A DNA stretch of 64,000 nt from Obrimoposthia wandeli (lineage: Eukaryota), in contig CDROCS010000506.1 of assembly GCA_977020255.1 (NCBI GenBank), positions 372,001 through 436,000 on the forward strand, in the 5' to 3' direction. Both the position numbers and the translations under genes were made by a program. Of this stretch, positions 20,243-29,281 are shown piece by piece (within the stretch, counting starts at the first letter, position 1; each line of letters begins with the position of its first letter). The notes below the pieces were generated by a model. That model did not search any database, had not been told where the DNA came from, and saw nothing but the letters and a program-made list of their open reading frames with translations.

Positions 20243-20779
20243 ATGAATAAACATTCTCGATTTATAGCCAGCATCATTTCAGTCTTAGCGATAACAGCAC
20301 CAGCACAAGCTTATGCCGACGGTTTTTATATTGGTGCAGGTGCTTATCAAGCCAACGCCGAACAAGATAGTTTCGATGACGATGATGTGGTACCGGCACT
20401 ATTTGTCGGTTATAACCTTATCGATTCAAATATTTTTATGGTTTCTGCTGAATTAGGTTATTACGACCTAGGTGGTTATAGCGGTTCTTCACTGGGCAGC
20501 AATTATGATATCGATGCCTCTGCATTTACACTCGCGGCTGTTGGCTACCTACCAATCGGGCCCTTCTTTGAAGTGTATGCCAAAGCGGGCGTGGCGATGA
20601 CTTCGATTGACATTGAAAAAAATGGAACAAAAAACGATGCTGATGGCGAAGAGTTCTTCGGCGGTATCGGCGCTAGCATCGATGTATTAGATACTATTGA
20701 TATTTATGCTGAATACTTGATGTTTGATACTGACATTGACACTTCAATTGCCGGTGTTGGTGTCCGATTTGCTTTCTAG
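20243..20779 (+). CDS. Outer-membrane beta-barrel (OmpA-like transmembrane/porin family) protein
   Basis: Signal peptide AYA-D, GFYIGAG, alternating beta pattern, C-terminal GVRFAF. RBS gaggaag precedes the ATG at 20243. Confidence 0.88.
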   Translation: MNKHSRFIASIISVLAITAPAQAYADGFYIGAGAYQANAEQDSFDDDDVVPALFVGYNLIDSNIFMVSAELGYYDLGGYSGSSLGSNYDIDASAFTLAAVGYLPIGPFFEVYAKAGVAMTSIDIEKNGTKNDADGEEFFGGIGASIDVLDTIDIYAEYLMFDTDIDTSIAGVGVRFAF

Positions 20780-20792
20780 TACTGATTAAACC

Positions 20793-20855
20793 AAAAGTGA
20801 TATCGTAACTATATAAAAACGGTATAGAAACGGTATAGAAACGATATCACCTTTT
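20793..20855. terminator. Inverted repeat between convergent genes, with tandem repeats in the loop
   Basis: aaaagtgatatcgt...acgatatcacctttt; the loop contains aaacggtatag twice. Confidence 0.6.
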
Positions 20856-20868
20856 AGCTACCCTCATT

Positions 20869-21774
20869 TTAAATCGCTTGGCGGCTGCTAGCCGTTACAA
20901 CTGGAGTCTCTAGCCATTGTTGCAGTGCTCCCCAACTTGCTTGTGCTTCAGTCACGCCTTCTTCATAACGTAATTTGACCTTATCTTTGTCTTTTTCTAG
21001 TCGCGAAATATCTGACGGTGCTTGCGGGCGAATAACAAACACTTTACCTTGTCGTTGCCATTCTGCGATCTTATCTAAGGCGTTATTATAATGCTCATGG
21101 CGTGCATGCAGGGCTTGATATAACTTCGGGTATTTATAACAAGCAATACGACAAGCCAAGTCCATTTTCATGGCTGATTTTCGGTAACTTTCATGCTGAC
21201 TTAAAATAATAACTAAGCGGTCACAGCCCGACTCAAAAGCATGTTCTGCGGGAATGGGGTCCATAATGCCACCATCAAGATAAGGCATGTTATTAATCAT
21301 CATAGGTTTGGAAATAAACGGCAAACTTGAGGTCGCGATAAGGCTGTCTAATACCTGATCTTGGGTGGTTAATTGCTGAGAAGAAAAATAATCTGTCTTG
21401 CCGGTTTTACAATTAAACGCGCCTATTTCAAATACTTCCTTCATATTGAATAACATATCAAAGTCATACGGCACCAATTGTTTGGCCATCGCATGAAAAG
21501 TAAAAGGGGTATTAACATAACTACCGGTTTTAAGCAGGTGCTTCATGCCCATATAACGTGGGTCGTCATGGTATTTAAGCTGAATATTCAGGTTACGTTT
21601 ATGCTGTTTTGATACGTAGGATGCGGAATAAAGCGCGCCAGCAGAAACCCCTGACACATACGGGAAATGCACTGCACAGGTAAGGAAATGATCTAATACC
21701 CCTGCGCCAAACATGGCTCTTAGCCCGCCGCCTTCGACGATTAACCCTACTTTATCTAGACTCACGTCACTCAT
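20869..21774 (-). CDS. Patatin-like phospholipase
   Basis: EGGGLRA, GVSAG nucleophile, YLDGG. Likely start MSDVSLDK at 21774. Confidence 0.92.
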   Translation of the reverse strand: MSDVSLDKVGLIVEGGGLRAMFGAGVLDHFLTCAVHFPYVSGVSAGALYSASYVSKQHKRNLNIQLKYHDDPRYMGMKHLLKTGSYVNTPFTFHAMAKQLVPYDFDMLFNMKEVFEIGAFNCKTGKTDYFSSQQLTTQDQVLDSLIATSSLPFISKPMMINNMPYLDGGIMDPIPAEHAFESGCDRLVIILSQHESYRKSAMKMDLACRIACYKYPKLYQALHARHEHYNNALDKIAEWQRQGKVFVIRPQAPSDISRLEKDKDKVKLRYEEGVTEAQASWGALQQWLETPVVTASSRQAI

Positions 21775-21880
21775 TACCGACTCCATTGATGACAACCTGT
21801 TGCGAACATATCTATTATGGACATGTCTATGCAACACATTATCCCTCCCCCTCAACAAAGTCTAATGGTTTCAGCTAATA

Positions 21881-22801
21881 CTATCTACCCACAGTATCCG
21901 CCAAGGTTTTGCCTACACGTTCATTTTTAAAGTGCATGTGCCCAGATGAAAACGCGGATACATCCAGATTAATGACTTGCTTGGTATTATGGCTTTCAAT
22001 TTTGGTCAGTCCGGCTGGTGTATGAGGGAAGATACCTTCTGCCCCATTGGCACCTTTCAATACATCATCATTATCGCTATAACAATTAATCAATTTAAGC
22101 TCGGTGTGCTTTGCCAATATAGGAGCCCACTGCTCAGCGTCTGCAGATACAGCACCCGCCAACAAATAACAGCTAGAAATGGTATTGGCATCAAGGTTTT
22201 TTAACGCCTCACAAGCCACCTTGGCACCCAATGAATAGCCCATTAATATTGCGCCATGTAATTGCTTATCAGCTTGTACTGCGTTAGCTAAATCAAGGCC
22301 AGCATGTAATGTTTCATTAAACGATTTATGCCAATGTCCGACCAATTTATCTGCGACTAAGCCACCAATCAAAGCGGCAATACCCGCAGGGCTCATATCC
22401 CGTGCAACCTTGGCCGCTGCTAACCATTTATCAGCGCTGTTATCCTCGTTTACGGTAACCATACTTTCAGTAGCACTGCCAATAACAGCACTGCCATTAC
22501 GCGCTATATCAATAATATCACCCGCATTCCAGCGTACATGGATAACCTTGTTTTCAGGATACAGTTCATCAACAACACTTAGCCAATCAGATACCACTTC
22601 ACCCTCTTTAGAAAGGTAACCATTAATAATCAGAATGCAGGGTAAACGCCCTTCCCTCACAGTAACGAGCTTTATAGATGTGGCGTCCCTAGCAACAAAT
22701 TCTGCGCTACCTTGCGGTGTTAACAAGCCTTTTAATTGTTCACGTACTAGGTTTGATTCTGCATCTTCAGCTGCGTTAAATGTATCGAATAAACTCTTCA
22801 C
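21881..22801 (-). CDS. DUF726-like alpha/beta hydrolase
   Basis: ILIINGYLS, LMGYSLGAKV, LLAGAV, NCYSDNDDVL, GHMHF. Confidence 0.75.
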   Translation of the reverse strand: MKSLFDTFNAAEDAESNLVREQLKGLLTPQGSAEFVARDATSIKLVTVREGRLPCILIINGYLSKEGEVVSDWLSVVDELYPENKVIHVRWNAGDIIDIARNGSAVIGSATESMVTVNEDNSADKWLAAAKVARDMSPAGIAALIGGLVADKLVGHWHKSFNETLHAGLDLANAVQADKQLHGAILMGYSLGAKVACEALKNLDANTISSCYLLAGAVSADAEQWAPILAKHTELKLINCYSDNDDVLKGANGAEGIFPHTPAGLTKIESHNTKQVINLDVSAFSSGHMHFKNERVGKTLADTVGR

Positions 22802-22923
22802 TAAAATATCCTAAGGTAATGACATCCATGTTAAATCTCGGCGGTCATTATAGAGATTATTATTAGACTGATAAGCCTATTCATACCAAAGACTGAGGAT
22901 TATGTGATGGGTGAACGGATAAA

Positions 22924-23052
22924 TCAGTCGTTGCTAAGATCGTAACCACAACCTAAGCAGTTCGCCATTAAGTTAGGTGGCATACAAATGATTAAGCCAC
23001 ACTTTGGGCAGAGATCGCCTTGATTCAGACTAGTGATTGATTTGATGTTCAT
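22924..23052 (-). CDS. 42-aa zinc-ribbon-like small protein (not in ORF track)
   Basis: MNIKSITSLNQGDLCPKCGLIICMPPNLMANCLGCGYDLSND*: two CxxC pairs; SD-like aagga upstream of the ATG. Confidence 0.65.
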   Translation of the reverse strand: MNIKSITSLNQGDLCPKCGLIICMPPNLMANCLGCGYDLSND

Positions 23053-23175
23053 GTGTTTCCTTTACTCTGGTAGTTAAAGTATTGATGTGAGATTAACGCT
23101 AGTATGACTGTATTCTCATCTGTGTATATTTCGTTTATGAAATAAGTCATTGAAAAGATATAATGAGCTATCAAA

Positions 23176-24101
23176 CTAAGAGGTAATCGCGACATTAAAA
23201 GCAGAGGGACTCTCGCTGTCTTTTTTGACTCTGACCTCAGTTACCTCTGCAACATTAAAAGTGACCGTAATGCCTTCTCTAATATCACGCTCACTACTTT
23301 GTAGTTCCCGAGCATTAAAATAATAATCACCATCCTTAGTCTTAATGAAACCAAATCTTTTCTTCGGTTCCCATTTACGCACTTTACCGTGAAGTGTATG
23401 TAAATCACCTTTCGCAGCTTTAGATTTTAAGGTAATAAAACAGCGGTCATTGGTTTCTTGGACAATATCAAAAAGTGCACTCCTACTTTTAATCAATTTC
23501 TTTAAGCTTTGAAAACCTTCACTTCGAGGATCAAAAGAGGAGTCAATTTGTTTAATCATACTCTTATGTCATCGAGATAAACAGGCTCATTTCTGCCCAA
23601 TAATAAGTGGTCATAAGTTATATTCAATAGTAAGCGGTATCTAAGTCACTTATTGTTTATTTGAGTAACGTCGAATAAATTATCGGTAAATACAAAGTTG
23701 TGGCATGCTTTCCTAAAGCGTTCGGGGGTATTTTTCTTACCTATAGCCATTACATGTATACCATATTCTCTAATTCGCTGTGCAACACTATAAAAACCAC
23801 CATCACTCGACACAATACAAACCGCATTAATACGTTGGTTATTATTAATGACTTCAATCGCATCCATGACTAAAGCATGATCTGCAGCATCTTTACCATA
23901 GTGAAACTGCTGTTTAGGGCTTGATGCTGTTTCGTGCAAGATATCTTTCCATGCTTTTTGGTGCGGGTCAGTCCAATCGGCATATACCCACTTAATAGCT
24001 ACAACACCGTGATTTTCAACTTCCTTTAACATCGCCATATATTCGTTGTATGAGGCATTTTCAGCATCCACAAGTACTGCAAAGGTTAATTCTTTTTTCA
24101 T
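23176..24101 (-). pseudogene. Disrupted NYN-domain + LOTUS/OST-HTH + cold-shock-domain protein
   Basis: NYN (AVLVDAEN, GKDAAD, VSSDGGF) ends at TGA 23646-48. The same frame continues ...NEPVYLDDIRV*, then a one-base frame change leads to MIKQIDSSFDPRSEGFQSLKKLI (LOTUS) and GKVRKWEPKKRFGFI...DYYF (CSD). Confidence 0.75.
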
Positions 24102-24129
24102 CAATACTCTCCTTGTATAATCTCTTAAA

Positions 24130-24483
24130 TTAGCAAAAATTCTTTGTAAGATGCCATCCAGCACTAGATTTGCATTGGTACACTTTCAATCGAATCCCCT
24201 GCTCAGCATAAATAATATCAGCTCTTAAATTAGCTTCGCGCTTAGAACGGTAAGAGTCCTTGTGCATTCCATCCCCCCCAGTGCAATGATTACACTTATG
24301 GCTAGGCGTTTGTCGTGATTTTGGTGATAAATGCCAGAGCCCACATTTATTGCAATGGTAAGGGCTTAAATCATTGTCATAATAATCTTTAGCATACTCA
24401 GCACCGCTTAGTGCTTCTTCCTCATCAAAATATTGAGTTAAAGGCTGACCAGATACTTTTCCAAAACATGTTTCACTTTTCAT
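24130..24483 (-). CDS. Hypothetical protein with two tandem Y-x-C-x(2,3)-...-WHL modules
   Basis: PYHCNKCGLWHL and VYQCKSSAGWHL; RBS agga before the ATG at 24483. Confidence 0.7.
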   Translation of the reverse strand: MKSETCFGKVSGQPLTQYFDEEEALSGAEYAKDYYDNDLSPYHCNKCGLWHLSPKSRQTPSHKCNHCTGGDGMHKDSYRSKREANLRADIIYAEQGIRLKVYQCKSSAGWHLTKNFC

Positions 24484-24622
24484 TTCAATTCCTGTCAATA
24501 TTATTAGCTAGAATGAGGAACAGTCATATAACAACATAATGTTATGAATTATGACCATTCCCGTTTCCTTACATCAGGGCTGTTAATCTTTAGCCATGAG
24601 ATAAATTACTTAGTCTCAAAGA

Positions 24623-25105
24623 CTATTTACATGCACCAGGTGTACGGCATGCACATGTAGATGGCGCGTGACAGGCATGACCACTACAACGTGTAGCGTT
24701 AGCTAGCTGACTAGGATATTGACCAAAATGACGTTCATAATTGGCTTTAGTATTGGTAAATGCAGCCTCTAGATTCTCATTGTCATCTTTACCGTATATG
24801 CCAAAATACGGAAAGTGATCGAGATAGAAACCAAACACGCTATCGCAATCATCACGATATGAACGTGTATCAAGAATATGCGCATGCCAAAATTTATCGA
24901 CAAGCTTATTCGGTACTAATATATCTTTTGGGTGAAGTAATTTTAACGTTAAATAGCGGCGATATTCTTGCTCGGCAAGTGCACATTCTTCTTTGGTCAT
25001 TTCAGCTTCACTCGACTCACAAAGCTTCCATTTCAGCTTGTCAAAATTGAGTGTATTAACATATAAATGAATACCGTTTGCACTTGTATTTATCGATGAT
25101 TCCAT
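24623..25105 (-). CDS. Glycine-rich-domain-containing (GRDP/DUF1399-like) protein with Cys/His-rich tail
   Basis: EYRRYL, PNKLVDKFWHAHILDTRSYRDDC..VFG.YLDHFP; tail CSGHACHAPSTCACRTPGACK. Confidence 0.72.
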   Translation of the reverse strand: MESSINTSANGIHLYVNTLNFDKLKWKLCESSEAEMTKEECALAEQEYRRYLTLKLLHPKDILVPNKLVDKFWHAHILDTRSYRDDCDSVFGFYLDHFPYFGIYGKDDNENLEAAFTNTKANYERHFGQYPSQLANATRCSGHACHAPSTCACRTPGACK

Positions 25106-25305
25106 TGATTTGTCCTTAATAAATAAATGAGTTTTATAGTTTTATTAACTAATAGATTTCGAATATTTAATAAGACGATTGTTGAGCACTAGTTCATTAA
25201 ACGATGTTAATGAGGCTGTATATGTCTTCATTAAATAACTCCTATTTGGTTAACAGGAGTTATAATGAATTTGTTCCGGGCATAAAAAAGGGTTATTTAA
25301 TTATT

Positions 25306-26053
25306 TTACTTATAATTTAATAATGACTGTAAATAGCTCGCGGCTTCCTCGGCATCAACTTGTTTTGCAATGATGGTTTCTTTCAACGAAGTGACTCTCG
25401 GCAAAGGTAGTAATGCTTCTTGTTCTAATGCCTCAAGTTGTAATATAGCCCCCTGTACGTCTTTCGCTGCATAGCTTGATTCAGCGACCTGATAACGCTG
25501 GGCATAACTCTGCCAAGGAATAGGCTCTTCAAAATAGGCAAGCATAGGCTCGAGGTTATATTTATCATTCTTGCAACTGCCAAAAGGCGATGGCAGTCGT
25601 TCGGTGAACAAATCGAAACTATTCGACTCTAAGCTACTAGCAATTTCAGTCATATTGTTTATATCTATGCCAAGACAAAAGAAGATCAATGCTTGCTCCT
25701 GGGTTTGCTGTAGCAAACTAGAAATATTGACTTTTTTAGCTTGGTACTGAAATATTTTTTTAGTTGGCCCAACACCAACTACGGCAATTAGACATAAGGC
25801 ATTATAAATCGCATTACTTTTTCCGACTAAAAACCCTCGAAGATTGTTATGAGATCGGTGGCTTTATATAACACTTCGTTGCTCGAAAGCATACTGATCG
25901 GAGCATTAAGATGCCCGATTTTTATCATTCGCGTCTTCGTAACACCGTTTAATGCTGTGTACTAGTCGGTAAAGCTCTTATCTTCAAGTTCTTAAAAAAG
26001 ACTTAGCTCGCAACTACAACGTATATTGAACCTGCTTCAGTTTTTTTAGACAT
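25306..26053 (-). pseudogene. Probable degraded gene (third gene of the 27254-25306 operon)
   Basis: An ATG at 26053 overlaps the upstream TGA but hits a stop after 16 codons. An ATG-less frame is open from about 25866 to 25306 and contains the listed 136-aa ORF. Confidence 0.5.
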
Positions 26054-26556
26054 CAATACGTTTCCAATTCAGCTTCGCATAACACATCTCTGATCTTACT
26101 GCGCGAGCTTAAAGAATGTGTCGTTGATATTAATCTTTTCACCGCGGTCATATCTGTAGCACACTGGTAAACATAATTCTTATACTTTGAATAATAACTG
26201 TCATAACGTGAGGGACGATACTTCTCATTATTGTAGCGGTCATATACATAATTAATCACGCCCATACACTGGCCTATTTGTAGCGCTTCTTTTTTACTTA
26301 AGCTTAATGCGCCTAATACGTTAGTTTTATTTTCGACCACTTCACCACAAGCTTTAGATAGCTCTTGATCAACGCCTCTTTTGACCAATTCGACGCCGAC
26401 ACACTCGCCTGCTTTAATCACTTCTGTTGAATTAAAAAATATAAGGTTCGTTTTATTAATTAGGGTAACGCTCTCGTCACAACGGGCTGGGACTCTCATA
26501 TCTGCGAGGCTATTACATGAAATAACGAGGGTTAGTAACAACAATAATTGTCTCAT
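26053..26556 (-). CDS. Secreted Cys-rich hypothetical protein
   Basis: Signal peptide MRQLLLLLTLVISCNSLA; ATGA overlap with the upstream gene; several Cys in the mature part. Confidence 0.75.
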   Translation of the reverse strand: MRQLLLLLTLVISCNSLADMRVPARCDESVTLINKTNLIFFNSTEVIKAGECVGVELVKRGVDQELSKACGEVVENKTNVLGALSLSKKEALQIGQCMGVINYVYDRYNNEKYRPSRYDSYYSKYKNYVYQCATDMTAVKRLISTTHSLSSRSKIRDVLCEAELETY

Positions 26557-27254
26557 TCTGTCAGCTCCTTGCCACAAAATCTAAACGCCCTAAAACAAAT
26601 AAAAACAATAAATAACGTATATACAGCACCCAGTAAATCAGCTGTAGCACCTTCTTCGAACCTTTCAAAATTAATCGATTGCAGCGCAGGATCCACGGTC
26701 ATCACGACTATGATTAGTGGTACAAAAACGATTAACATTAAACGTAGATTGTTAAATAGCATCCGATTAAAAGCATTAGCTATCATTGCTATACGATAGC
26801 GCTTTTGCGGATGTTGCTTGGTTTGTTTACCCAGTTTTTTTATCGCTATAAAAATAATGCCGACAGTCATTACAACTTCGAATACATTAACCCAAGTAAG
26901 GCTAGATACTTCACCTACTCCAACTATAATTTCTTTACTACTCTGATAACCCCAATAATATATACCCACCATACAAGCCAAAGAAATTAACATAGTCACT
27001 ACCTGCAGTAAGGACTGAAACCATGTTTGTTGTATATGCCTAAACTCATACACTCCTTTAGGATCGAATAACCGAATCTTTTGACGATGTCGGTTAAGAA
27101 AATCAATCTCCCTAGGGATAAATTCAGGTTTGATGGTGCTTTGTGGCTGTGATATTACTTCCGGCTCTACTTGGTCTTTACTTTCAAAGGTTGTAGTTTG
27201 TGTTTCTGAACTATATCCATCATCTCTGACAAGTTGCGAGGCTTCCATTTCCAT
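26553..27254 (-). CDS. Hypothetical multi-pass membrane protein
   Basis: Acidic/polar N-terminus followed by about 4 hydrophobic helices. Confidence 0.7.
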   Translation of the reverse strand: MEMEASQLVRDDGYSSETQTTTFESKDQVEPEVISQPQSTIKPEFIPREIDFLNRHRQKIRLFDPKGVYEFRHIQQTWFQSLLQVVTMLISLACMVGIYYWGYQSSKEIIVGVGEVSSLTWVNVFEVVMTVGIIFIAIKKLGKQTKQHPQKRYRIAMIANAFNRMLFNNLRLMLIVFVPLIIVVMTVDPALQSINFERFEEGATADLLGAVYTLFIVFICFRAFRFCGKELTE

Positions 27255-27381
27255 TCCAGTATAAAGTTTAAGTTCATGAATAATATCACATTAAAATAGA
27301 ACCATATAACTAGGTGCTGTTTTTATAAACATTTTTATACCCACTAAGACTTATCGCACACTTTAGTCTAGATTCGAGCAG

Positions 27382-29106
27382 CTAACCCCACTCTCTTAAC
27401 TGCTGCATTTCTTTCAGTCGCCCGCGCTGTAATTCCAACGCTTCGAACAGGTCATCGATTGAGGTATTGTTAGTTGTGAGCCCCGGCAAGGCAATATTAG
27501 CTTCAGCAAAGAAACGTATTGAGTCAGTTTGATCATCATTCCAAGCTTGCTGCCACCAGTCGGTGATTCGAGATCTAGCATCTTTAAGCTTGCTTGCTGT
27601 TGGTAGACTATCACTTTTCTGACCGTTAACTTTGTTGTCACTTGGTAGCAGATTCCACAGATCGTTATTCGGCCAGCGTGCAAACGGCATGCAGTGGTCA
27701 ATAGCAAATTCTTGCTTCAAAACCTTACCAGACCAGACACATTGCTGACTTTGTATTTGTCGTAATACGTCAAAACGCTTTCGACTTTCTTCTGTAGAGC
27801 GTTTGGCCTCTAACCAATCTAATGAGTTCACTATTGCAAGTTGCTGCTTAGGGCTCTTATTACCTTGGTAAGCTTGCATGGTTTTCATCCATTCACTGAC
27901 AAGCACTGGTTCAACCCAACACGCATAACGTGCAAAGGCATTCCATACAGTTTCTGGTAGTGAGAACTCGCCCCATTGCGACAAGGATTCCATATCTAAA
28001 AACAAGCTGTCTTTGGCACGTACTGTTTTGCTTTCAACTTCAAATACACTGACATCACTATTAGGCAAAGTTATATATTTGCAGGGCATGTTTTTGATGT
28101 TGCTCACTGCAGCCGTTAACGTACGGTGTAATGCTTTAGCATCATCGCCGACAAACAGATGACCAATACGATAATCAGTTGCAGAGCGATGCGTTAGCTT
28201 ATGCCAACCATCATCTTTCATGAAACCCATATTCGGGCTTTTACTTGGGGTTTGGTATAAACCAAGCTGGTCGATAAGTACTTTGTATTGATGACACCAA
28301 TATAACGCCACCAGCCCGACAGGTAATATTACTCGACTTCCTTGCAAAGTATGCTCGCGACGAATAACTGCGCCAGGGTGTCCATCAGCAATCCGTAACA
28401 ACACCCGCATTAATGCCAGTTTATGTGTAGCTGACTTACCATCATTTAATGCCACATGACGAATGAAAGGGAACGCCCCCGAACCATCATCAGGTAGCTG
28501 TAATACTACGGTTTGCCAATGCACGGTATCACGACCAAGTTTATCGCTATCGTGTTCTGTTTTAAGCACAACAGACAAACCTACAGTCTTAGCCAATAAC
28601 TCTAACTCTTCGGTACTGACATCATGCATTTTACGTTCATCACCACTGGGGCCATGACGCAGAGAAATAACTAATTTTGCACCGGGTTTAAGGAGGTTGG
28701 CTAATTTGCGGATTGCACGAGGACGGTCACTTTTAGGAATATGCATCCACACGGCACTGAGCAAGATTAAATCGAAGCTCACTTCTTGGCGACTAACAAC
28801 ATCTAGCGCAGGTAATGAATCTTCCACCCACTTTACATTCAAGCCTTGAGTTTGTTGCTGGCCGATTTCGGCTAATAGCTTGGCAGGTTCAACAGCGACA
28901 ATACTGATATCATTGGCTTCGCCTTGTTCTGCGAGGTATTTACTATCACGCCCTGCCCCAGCACCTAAATCAAGAATTCGGGCGTTAGGTTTGTTCAAAA
29001 TTACAGGTAAGAATTCAGCCCATGCGGCATGCACTTCTTCGAAGGATTTAGATAAGTATTGATCAGCTAGCTGTTGAGCATTAGCGTCATAAAAGTTGGC
29101 GTGCAT
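27382..29106 (-). CDS. Class I SAM-dependent methyltransferase fused to an HNH endonuclease
   Basis: Motif I ILDLGAGAGRD, LSAVWMHI; linker KSATHKLAL; HNH IDHCMPFARWPNNDLWNLLPSDNKVNGQKSD. Confidence 0.88.
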   Translation of the reverse strand: MHANFYDANAQQLADQYLSKSFEEVHAAWAEFLPVILNKPNARILDLGAGAGRDSKYLAEQGEANDISIVAVEPAKLLAEIGQQQTQGLNVKWVEDSLPALDVVSRQEVSFDLILLSAVWMHIPKSDRPRAIRKLANLLKPGAKLVISLRHGPSGDERKMHDVSTEELELLAKTVGLSVVLKTEHDSDKLGRDTVHWQTVVLQLPDDGSGAFPFIRHVALNDGKSATHKLALMRVLLRIADGHPGAVIRREHTLQGSRVILPVGLVALYWCHQYKVLIDQLGLYQTPSKSPNMGFMKDDGWHKLTHRSATDYRIGHLFVGDDAKALHRTLTAAVSNIKNMPCKYITLPNSDVSVFEVESKTVRAKDSLFLDMESLSQWGEFSLPETVWNAFARYACWVEPVLVSEWMKTMQAYQGNKSPKQQLAIVNSLDWLEAKRSTEESRKRFDVLRQIQSQQCVWSGKVLKQEFAIDHCMPFARWPNNDLWNLLPSDNKVNGQKSDSLPTASKLKDARSRITDWWQQAWNDDQTDSIRFFAEANIALPGLTTNNTSIDDLFEALELQRGRLKEMQQLREWG

Positions 29107-29281
29107 AGCTAATCTTAACCTCAGATTTGGATGCGTGGAGACTGAGGTAGATTAGCATAATAGGTATTCTAAATATATATAGGTAGTTAATAATACAATC
29201 TCATGAACCGGATACTTTACCTTATTAGTATCTGATATCATGGTGAATATATGGAATATTATTTTTATACCTAGGCTTATC

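Noticed and set aside
22860-29106. Run of co-oriented orphan genes as an integron cassette array
   Set aside because: Spacers were checked for RYYYAAC...GTTRRRY attC sites. The only candidate (about 24520-24590) lacks convincing internal complementarity, several genes overlap with no spacer, and there is no integrase.
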